Assembly: GCA_039638295.1 (NCBI GenBank)
Contig: JBDIWJ010000046.1
Coordinates: forward strand, 1-11,494
Source of the DNA: Candidatus Phoenicimicrobium oleiphilum
GTDB lineage: Bacteria > Atribacterota > Phoenicimicrobiia > Phoenicimicrobiales > Phoenicimicrobiaceae
DNA length: 11,494 bases
Direction of reading: 5' to 3'
The notes below the pieces were generated by a model. The model was not told the origin of the DNA and did no database searches. It saw nothing but the letters and a program-made list of their open reading frames with translations. Both the position numbers and the translations under genes were made by a program. Below, piece after piece: positions 1 through 6,506 of the stretch (positions are counted from its first letter, which is position 1; each line of letters opens with the position of its first letter).

Positions 1-75
1 ATTGTTTTATATTTATAAATATAACTAAAAATTTAAACAAAGAAAGTAAAAAACAAACTGTGGGATTTAAGGTTT

Positions 76-1482
76 TTAGAGATTTTTTACAATTTTATTA
101 AATTGATTTCCCCGATCAAATTCATTTTCAAACATTCCGAAACTAGCAGCTGCAGGAGATAGAAGAACAATGTCATTTGGTTGAGCCTGTTGCAGGGCTA
201 TTTCGACACCTACTTTAAGATTCGATGTTTGAATAATTTTTTCTGAATCAAGATGTTTTTTTATAGCAGAAAATATTTTTAATGAAGCATCGTAATCAGG
301 GTGTTGCAAGAGAATAATCTGTTTAATTTTCTTATTTTCGCCAATAAATTCTCCTAATTTTTCATAATTTAATCTTTTATCTTTTCCACCCAGGATTAAG
401 ATAATGGGCTGTTGGGGAAAAGATTTCAAAGCTGCTAAAGTTGCCTCTGGAGTTGTTGCGCAGGTATCATTATAAAATTTTATCCCATTAAATTCTCTAA
501 TAAGTTCTAATCTATAAGGAGCTCCTGGAAAACTTTTAATAGCCTTTCGAATAACTTCAGCGGGAATGTTATGAATAAAGCCTATGGTACTTGCTGCTAA
601 GACATTTTCTAAATTATGTAGCCCAGGAAGGGGGAGGTCAGTAATTTTTGCAAAAGGTATTTTACATTTCTCTAATTGAAAAACTAATTCATCTCTCTCT
701 AAATAACAGCCTGGTACCACTTTTTCTTTAACACTAAACCAATAAGTTTTAGCGCTAGTCTCTATTTTGGCTTGACGAGTCTCCTGGCTGCCGAAGTTTA
801 ATACTAAATTATTGTTTGATTGTTGATATTTAAAGATTAACTTTTCTGACTGTGTATATTTACTAAAATTTTGATAACGATCTAAGTGGTCAGGAAGGAT
901 ATTAGTTAAAACTGCAGTTTGAGGTCTAAATTTACGTTTTTTTATCCCTTCCATTTGCCAGGTGGATATTTCCAAAACTATCCACGTTTGAAGGGTGATT
1001 TTTTCCAAGATATCTAAGACAGAGATACCGATATTGCCAGCTAAGGCTACTTCTTTTTGAGCTTGTTTAAATATATGGTAGGTGAGATTAGATACTGTGC
1101 TTTTACCTTTAGTTCCAGCAATAGCGATTATCTTTTTAGAAGGGCAAAGTTGGAGAAAAAGACCTAAATCAGTTTCTATAGGAATTCTATGGGTTCGGGC
1201 GATTTTTAAGTACTTTGAATTATGAGGAACAGCCGGGTTTTGAATTATCATGTCTGTATTGATAAAGTCTTCTTCCCGATGTCGACCTAAGATATATTTA
1301 ATATCAAAATCTTTTAGTTTTTCTAAAGTAGGTGCAAGTTCTACTTTAGTCTTTAGGTCTGTAATTAAAATTTTTGCACCATTTTTTGCTAAAAACTTCG
1401 CAACTCCCAAGCCACCTTGATTTAATCCTAACCCCATTATAGTAATTCTTTTATCTTTTATATCTTGTATTTTTTTTATCAT
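76..1482 (-). CDS. murD: UDP-N-acetylmuramoyl-L-alanine--D-glutamate ligase (MurD), divergent type
   Basis: 468 aa. N-terminal GLGxxGG Rossmann-like motif, P-loop AGTKGKST, GNIG, LEISTWQ, N..PDHLDRY, GLHNLEN, YNDT.AT, LGGKDK and LLSPAAASFGMF...RG, the MurD C-terminal signature. Confidence 0.9.
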   Translation of the reverse strand: MIKKIQDIKDKRITIMGLGLNQGGLGVAKFLAKNGAKILITDLKTKVELAPTLEKLKDFDIKYILGRHREEDFINTDMIIQNPAVPHNSKYLKIARTHRIPIETDLGLFLQLCPSKKIIAIAGTKGKSTVSNLTYHIFKQAQKEVALAGNIGISVLDILEKITLQTWIVLEISTWQMEGIKKRKFRPQTAVLTNILPDHLDRYQNFSKYTQSEKLIFKYQQSNNNLVLNFGSQETRQAKIETSAKTYWFSVKEKVVPGCYLERDELVFQLEKCKIPFAKITDLPLPGLHNLENVLAASTIGFIHNIPAEVIRKAIKSFPGAPYRLELIREFNGIKFYNDTCATTPEATLAALKSFPQQPIILILGGKDKRLNYEKLGEFIGENKKIKQIILLQHPDYDASLKIFSAIKKHLDSEKIIQTSNLKVGVEIALQQAQPNDIVLLSPAAASFGMFENEFDRGNQFNKIVKNL

Positions 1483-1543
1483 TTGAAATGTAAAACCTTT
1501 TAACTTAGTTTTTTAATAAAAATAATCAAAGACTTACTTTTTA

Positions 1544-1572
1544 AATATAACAAAATTAAACTAATAATTCAA
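1544..1572 (-). promoter_or_regulatory. Putative sigma70/sigmaA promoter for murD
   Basis: On the - strand TTGAAT (1572-1567), 17-nt spacer, TATATT (1549-1544), preceded by TGn (extended -10). The AT-rich context lowers specificity. Confidence 0.45.
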
Positions 1573-1890
1573 TTAATAAAATATAGTATCGCATATATAT
1601 AGTGGATGTCAATTAACCAATTTACCTATTTACCAATGTACCAATTGATTTATTTGTTAGCTGGTTACCGGCTAGCTAATTCGTATCTCGTATCTAGCGA
1701 ATCATATCTCGTATGTATTAGTTGGCCAGTTACCTGGTTTGCCAGTTTGCCGGTTATAAGATATAAGATGCAATGGAGGACAAGCGTCTTGTTTATCTAT
1801 AATGTCATTACAAAACAACGTGAACTAAGTGAATATGGTAATCTTATCTAAAGCCTACCAACTGTTAATTAAAACCAATTTTATATCTTG

Positions 1891-1921
1891 GAGCATCGGA
1901 ATTTCATAAATTCCGATGCTC
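1891..1921. repeat. Perfect 14-bp inverted repeat (hairpin)
   Basis: GAGCATCGGAATTT-CAT-AAATTCCGATGCTC. No adjacent U-tract on either strand. Confidence 0.85.
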
Positions 1922-1955
1922 TGAAATGAATATTTTTTTAAAAAGCAAAGTATTC

Positions 1956-2055
1956 TAACAATATTGTCAGGAAGAGTTTTATATAAAGCCGAAATTAAGT
2001 GAAAAAGAGATAGAGGGGTTTCAGGGGAGTTCACTCCCCGACAATATTGTATATT
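1956..2055. repeat. Inverted-repeat-bounded element related to the 9536-9583 palindrome
   Basis: ACAATATTGTC (1958-1968) pairs with GACAATATTGT (2040-2050). Internal hairpin GGGGAG-TTCA-CTCCCC. Confidence 0.7.
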
Positions 2056-2117
2056 TTTAAAATATAAAATGAAAACCGATAACTGAAAACCTGAATTTAT
2101 ACTAACGACTAATTTAT

Positions 2118-2146
2118 TTGACTAAAAATTTAAATTATAATAAAAT
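2118..2146 (+). promoter_or_regulatory. Sigma70/sigmaA promoter for tRNA-Arg-tadA
   Basis: TTGACT (2118-2123), 17 nt, TAAAAT (2141-2146), about 30 nt upstream of the tRNA. Confidence 0.7.
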
Positions 2147-2178
2147 CAATAGGGAACTTTTATTTTAATAGTACTAGT

Positions 2179-2255
2179 GCGCCCGTGGCTCAATTGGATA
2201 AAGCAACTGACTACGGATCAGTAGATTGGGGGTTCGAGTCCCTCCGGGCGCACCA
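2179..2255 (+). tRNA. tRNA-Arg(ACG)
   Basis: Acceptor stem GCGCCCG/CGGGCGC, anticodon arm ACTGA-CTACGGA-TCAGT (ACG at 2213-2215), T-arm GGGGG-TTCGAGT-CCCTC, encoded CCA. 77 nt. Confidence 0.97.
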
Positions 2256-2288
2256 ATCCCATACTGCCGGGAAAGTTTTCATCGAAAA

Positions 2289-2753
2289 ATGCCTGAAAAT
2301 ACTAAAGATATTGATTTAATTTTAATGAAAGAAGCTTTAAAAGAGGCGAAAACTGCTTATTCTTGCCAGGAAGTACCAGTTGGAGCTGTAATTGTATATC
2401 AAGGTAAAATAATAGCTCGGACCCATAATAGAAAAGAAGAATTGCAAGACCCTACTGCTCATGCAGAGATATTAGCAATTCGCCAAGCTACTAAATATTT
2501 AAAGAGTTGGCATTTAGAAGATACCACCCTATATGTTACTTTAGAACCCTGTCCAATGTGTGCCTATGCTATACTTCAGTCCAGAATAAAAAGATTAATA
2601 TTTGGAGCTTATGATCCAAAGGCAGGGGCAGCAGGTAGCATAATTAATATTGTACAAGATAGGAGATTTAATCATCAAATAGAAGTAGTAAGCGGAGTTT
2701 TAAAAGAGGAATGTAGTTTGATTTTGCAAAAATTTTTTCAGGAAAGACGCTAA
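2289..2753 (+). CDS. tadA: tRNA adenosine(34) deaminase TadA
   Basis: EVPVGAVIV, DPTAHAE (HxE), TLEPCPMC (PCxxC), FGAYDPKAGA, FNH. Start moved from the ORF-track 2226 (inside the tRNA) to ATG 2289. 154 aa. Confidence 0.95.
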   Translation: MPENTKDIDLILMKEALKEAKTAYSCQEVPVGAVIVYQGKIIARTHNRKEELQDPTAHAEILAIRQATKYLKSWHLEDTTLYVTLEPCPMCAYAILQSRIKRLIFGAYDPKAGAAGSIINIVQDRRFNHQIEVVSGVLKEECSLILQKFFQERR

Positions 2754-2761
2754 TCTACTTG

Positions 2762-2998
2762 ACCAATTAATTTAGTTAGCTAATTCGTATTTCGTATGTT
2801 AGCGTACCGTGTTTAGCGTAGAGGATATTAGTTATCCAGTTACCCGGTTACCCAGTTTACCAGTTATAAGATATAATGTAGGACGAGTTTCTCGCTTGTT
2901 TATAATGTCATCTAAAAACTATAAACCATTAACTAGAAACCAGTTTTATATCTTGTATCTTTTTAAACTGAAAACCTGAATTTATACTAACGACTAAT
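2762..2998 (+). repeat. Composite intergenic repeat, copy B (compact)
   Basis: Diverged direct repeat of 1640-2113 lacking two inserts. Ends in the exact 33-mer, 6 nt before tRNA-Ser(CGA). Confidence 0.85.
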
Positions 2999-3004
2999 CA
3001 AGAA

Positions 3005-3099
3005 GGAGAGGTGGCTGAGTTTGGTTGAAAGCGCTCGACTCGAAATCGAGTAGGCGGGTAGCCCCTGTCTCGCGGGTTCGAATCCCGCCCTCTCCGCCA
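3005..3099 (+). tRNA. tRNA-Ser(CGA)
   Basis: GGAGAGG/CCTCTCC acceptor, anticodon arm CTCGA-CTCGAAA-TCGAG (CGA at 3041-3043), long variable arm, GCGGG-TTCGAAT-CCCGC, G73-CCA. Confidence 0.96.
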
Positions 3100-3185
3100 A
3101 ATAATCAGACTTTTGATTTAAAAAGTAAAAGGGATAGACTAGGCTGAATTGTTTTTTGTGACTATGTGAAAGATAGAAAAATATT

Positions 3186-3214
3186 TTGACAGGGGAGTTA
3201 TTTAGGTTTATTAT
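3186..3214 (+). promoter_or_regulatory. Sigma70/sigmaA promoter for tRNA-Ser(GGA), possibly also for SRP RNA
   Basis: TTGACA (3186-3191), 17 nt, TATTAT (3209-3214), 11 nt before the tRNA. Confidence 0.75.
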
Positions 3215-3225
3215 TTAATAGGTGT

Positions 3226-3319
3226 GGAGAGGTACCGAAGTGGTCATAACGGGATCGCCTGGAGAGCGATTGGGCGGCCATAAGCTGTCTCGCGGGTTCG
3301 AATCCCGCCCTCTCCGCCA
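3226..3319 (+). tRNA. tRNA-Ser(GGA)
   Basis: GGAGAGG/CCTCTCC acceptor, anticodon arm ATCGC-CTGGAGA-GCGAT (GGA at 3261-3263), long variable arm, T-arm, G73-CCA. Confidence 0.96.
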
Positions 3320-3387
3320 GAATAGATATAAGATAATCTTGGATACACAGGGATTTGAAAAAATTCCCATATTTAAAATTAAAAAGG

Positions 3388-3660
3388 GTGATCGTGCTAA
3401 ACGGGGAGTTAGCGGTGCCCTGTAACCTGCAATCCGCTATAGCAGGGTTGAATTCCTACTCGAGGTTCTATCTCTTTAAGGCTGGCTAAGATAAGTAGTG
3501 ATGAAGATTGGGCCCTGTGCGACAAAGAATTGTGAACCCCGTCAGGTCTGGAAGGAAGCAGCGGTAAGCAAACCTCTTTGGGTGCCGCAGGTAAACCTGA
3601 TTGGAGCAAACTGTCTTAGTATCGCTTGGAGAGGTAAATCGGAAGTAGGTGCACGATCAC
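3388..3660 (+). ncRNA. ffs: Signal recognition particle RNA, large bacterial (Alu-domain, scRNA) type
   Basis: Terminal helix GTGATCGTGC (3388-3397)/GCACGATCAC (3651-3660). Helix-8 motif GTCAGGTCTGGAAGGAAGCAGC (3541-3562). Alu domain with loop-loop complement TAGCGG (3410-3415)/CCGCTA (3434-3439). Located upstream of dnaX as in Bacillus. Confidence 0.95.
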
Positions 3661-3753
3661 TTAAATTATTAATTATAAATGAAGAATTAAAAAAAATAAC
3701 ACAAAGGAAGTTTTATTTTTATATTAAAAATATATTGTTAGTAAGGATTATAT

Positions 3754-5478
3754 ATGAAATACCAATCACTTTATCGCAAATGGAGACCTCAGGTTTTTGA
3801 GGATATAATTGGGCAGAAACATATTACTCAAACTTTAATGAACGCTATTTCTCTAAATAGGATTTCCCATGCTTATATTTTTTCTGGCCCAAGAGGAGTG
3901 GGGAAGACTACCACCGCCCGTATTTTAGCTAAATCATTAAATTGTGAAAAGGGACCGACTGTTCATCCTTGCAATAAATGTGAAAATTGTATCAGAATTA
4001 CTGAAGGATATTCTATGGATGTAATAGAAATTGATGGGGCGTCTAATCGAGGGATAGACGACATTAGAGATCTTAGAAATAAAGTGAAATTTGCTCCTGC
4101 AGAAGGAAAATATAAAGTATATATCATTGATGAGGTACATATGTTAACTACAGAAGCGTTTAATGCTTTATTAAAAACCTTGGAAGAACCTCCCTCACAC
4201 GTGATTTTTGTATTTGCCACTACTGCTCCCCATAAAATCCCTAAAACCATTTTATCCAGATGTCAGTGGTTTAATTTCAGAAGAATACCTATACTGGATA
4301 TTTTAACTAAATTAAGGTTGATTTGTAAAGATGAAGAATTGAATATAGACGATGAATCTTTAAATGCTATTGCTCGATTTTCGACTGGATCTATGCGAGA
4401 TGCCGAAAGTACCTTAGACCAGGTCATTGCTTATTGTGGGAAAAAAATTGATTTACAAAGCGTTAAAGATATATTAGGAGTAATAGATGAGGATATTTTT
4501 TATAACCTTATGGAGGCAATAATAAAAAATGAGCCAGTCAGAGGGGTAGAAATAATTAACCTGGTATCAGATTCAGGTGGAGATCCTTCACAGTTTGTAA
4601 AAAATTTAATGGAATATGTCCACAATTTATCTTTAGTAAAATATTGTACTCAAGAAGCAGTAGGTTTCAGAGGAATATTTACCGAAGATAGAGAACGTTT
4701 ATTAAAACTATCAAGTTTAATTGAAACGGAAAAATTATTTGCTATAATTGATTATTTAGCAGAAATAGAAAAAAAAATGATGTTTACTCATCACCCCTGG
4801 ATATTATTAGAGATATTAGTGATTAAGTTTACTGTGGGAAAGAATTATTTTTTAAAAGAAGATGAAAGTAAAAAAGATGAAGTAAAGACTAATATTAATT
4901 CACCTTTGAAGACAGAGGAAGAAGTTGTCGATTTGAAACAGGAATTAGTTGGGAAAGTTAAGACAGAAGAGAAAGAAAAAGAAAAACTATTATCGAAAAA
5001 ATCAGTTCAAAATAAAAATAAAAGTGAGAAAATAAATGTTCCTCTTTATGCTAAAAATATTTCTACTAATATAGAGTTAGAAAAAATATTACCCAGGGTT
5101 TTAACTAAAATTAAGGAGACTAAAATATCATTATATTCTTTTATTACCGCTAGTAATTCAATTATTATAGAAGGGAATAAACTGATTATTGGCTTTAATA
5201 AGAAAAATATTTTTCATAAGGAAAGCTTGGAAAAGAAGAACAATAAAGCTTTTTTGAAAGAATTAATAAGCAAGGAGATAGGGAGACCACTAATTATTGA
5301 ATGTATTATCAATGATAAGGAAGATTTATCTTTAAAATCGGGAAAAGAAAAGAGTGAAAAGGTTATAACTAAAAAGAAAATTAATAAATTGAAAGAAGAT
5401 AATTCTGAATTTTCTGGGAATAATTTTTTAATTAAGGAATCATTAAATTTGTTTAAAGGGAAAATAATTGAAGAATAG
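3754..5478 (+). CDS. dnaX: DNA polymerase III subunit gamma/tau
   Basis: LYRKWRPQ.F, Walker A GPRGVGKT, Zn module C..C, EIDGASN, Walker B IIDEVH, SRC motif, then a K/E-rich linker and C-terminal tau-like domain. Confidence 0.97.
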   Translation: MKYQSLYRKWRPQVFEDIIGQKHITQTLMNAISLNRISHAYIFSGPRGVGKTTTARILAKSLNCEKGPTVHPCNKCENCIRITEGYSMDVIEIDGASNRGIDDIRDLRNKVKFAPAEGKYKVYIIDEVHMLTTEAFNALLKTLEEPPSHVIFVFATTAPHKIPKTILSRCQWFNFRRIPILDILTKLRLICKDEELNIDDESLNAIARFSTGSMRDAESTLDQVIAYCGKKIDLQSVKDILGVIDEDIFYNLMEAIIKNEPVRGVEIINLVSDSGGDPSQFVKNLMEYVHNLSLVKYCTQEAVGFRGIFTEDRERLLKLSSLIETEKLFAIIDYLAEIEKKMMFTHHPWILLEILVIKFTVGKNYFLKEDESKKDEVKTNINSPLKTEEEVVDLKQELVGKVKTEEKEKEKLLSKKSVQNKNKSEKINVPLYAKNISTNIELEKILPRVLTKIKETKISLYSFITASNSIIIEGNKLIIGFNKKNIFHKESLEKKNNKAFLKELISKEIGRPLIIECIINDKEDLSLKSGKEKSEKVITKKKINKLKEDNSEFSGNNFLIKESLNLFKGKIIEE

Positions 5479-5513
5479 TAAATAAGTATTAGAAAGGGGA
5501 TAGATAAATAAAA

Positions 5514-5822
5514 ATGGATATGAAATTTCTAATGAAACAAGCTCAAATGATGCAAAAAAAAATTGAAGAAACGAAAGCAGAGTTAGCCCAGAAGGAAATT
5601 AAAGTTTCCTCTGGTGGAGGAATGATAGAAATTGTAATAAATGGGCAGCAGGAAATTAAAGAGATAAAAATAGAGCCAGATGTGATAGATGTAAATGAAA
5701 AAGAGATGTTAGAAGATCTTATTCTCGCAGCAGTGAATGAAGCAATAAGACAGTCTAAAGAATTGGTGGCCGAAGAAATGTCTAAATTAACCGGGGGAGT
5801 AAGTATCCCTGGAATGTTTTGA
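5514..5822 (+). CDS. ybaB: YbaB/EbfC family nucleoid-associated protein
   Basis: MKQAQ.MQ, SGGG.I, EMLEDLI.AA.NEA. Canonical position between dnaX and recR. Confidence 0.95.
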   Translation: MDMKFLMKQAQMMQKKIEETKAELAQKEIKVSSGGGMIEIVINGQQEIKEIKIEPDVIDVNEKEMLEDLILAAVNEAIRQSKELVAEEMSKLTGGVSIPGMF

Positions 5823-5859
5823 TGAATATTTTGATTAGTGATTGAAAAAGGAGATAAAA

Positions 5860-6465
5860 TTGTATTTTAAATATGCTAAACCATTAGCAAAATTAATTGA
5901 AGAGTTTTCTAAAATGCCAGGTATTGGATCAAAAACTGCCCAAAGATTGGCTTTTTATATTTTAAAAAATTCTCCGGAAAATGCGAAAAATTTAGCCAAG
6001 ACAATAATAGAGGCAAAAGAAAAAATTAAATATTGCTCAGTTTGTGGCAATATAACTGATGAAGATATATGTGAAATTTGTCAGAATGCTAATCGGGACA
6101 AGTCTATTATATGTGTGGTAGAGGGAGTGAAGGATTTAATTGCCCTGGAAAGAACTGGGGAATATAAAGGGGTATATCATGTATTAGAAGGGGCAATTTC
6201 TCCTTTAGATGGTATTGAACCAGAAAATTTAAAAATAGAAAATCTGATAAAAAGATTAAAAACAGATAAGGTTAATGAAGTAATATTAGCAACTAATCCA
6301 AACATTGAAGGGGAAGTTACTGCATCCTATATTGCTAAATTGATTGAACCATTAAAAATTAAAGTAACCCGTATTGCATATGGTGTTCCCATAGGAGGAA
6401 GTTTGGAATTTGCTGATGAAGTGACTCTAACCCAGGCTCTTATAGGTAGACAAAAAATTAAATGA
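5860..6465 (+). CDS. recR: Recombination mediator RecR
   Basis: Hh[14 protein letters not shown]4 Zn finger CSVC...CEIC, Toprim ([14 protein letters not shown]), G.P.GG.LEFAD..TL. Start set at TTG 5860, 6 nt after the AAGGAG Shine-Dalgarno. Confidence 0.96.
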   Translation: MYFKYAKPLAKLIEEFSKMPGIGSKTAQRLAFYILKNSPENAKNLAKTIIEAKEKIKYCSVCGNITDEDICEICQNANRDKSIICVVEGVKDLIALERTGEYKGVYHVLEGAISPLDGIEPENLKIENLIKRLKTDKVNEVILATNPNIEGEVTASYIAKLIEPLKIKVTRIAYGVPIGGSLEFADEVTLTQALIGRQKIK

Positions 6466-6506
6466 TGTAGAAAAACTTTAAATAAAATCGAAAAGGAGGA
6501 ATCGAT

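Larger units (their letters stand above)
1608..2113 (+). repeat. Composite intergenic repeat, copy A (expanded)
   Basis: Colinear similarity to 2762-2998: AGCTAATTCGTAT, five GTT-ending octamers, TATAAGATATAA, GGAC..G..TCT.G.TT, TATAATGTCAT, TTTTATATCTTG and an exact 33-mer. Confidence 0.85.

Noticed and set aside
1606..1851. 81-aa ORF on the + strand
   Set aside because: Runs through the 8-mer/7-mer arrays, has no clear SD or recognisable domain, and no equivalent ORF is listed for copy B. Likely a by-product of the repeats.
2226..2288. N-terminal extension of the tadA ORF
   Set aside because: Overlaps tRNA-Arg. Homology to TadA starts after ATG 2289.
1608..2998. CRISPR array interpretation of the repeats
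   Set aside because: No constant-length repeat with unique spacers at regular period, only two exact 33-mers 885 nt apart, and no cas genes.
3065..3319. Identical 35-nt 3' ends of the two tRNA-Ser genes as attL/attR of an integrated element
   Set aside because: Both are complete tRNAs with different anticodons, only 126 nt apart, with no integrase. Paralogy explains the identity.
3222..3800. ORFs 3222-3425, 3409-3609 and 3498-3800
   Set aside because: They overlap tRNA-Ser and the SRP RNA and are shadow ORFs of GC-richer structured RNA.
4769..4777. A9 run in dnaX as a Thermus-like transcriptional slippage site
   Set aside because: It would truncate at about codon 341, before the end of the oligomerisation domain. 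An A9 run also occurs in ybaB (5554-5562), so such runs are background here.
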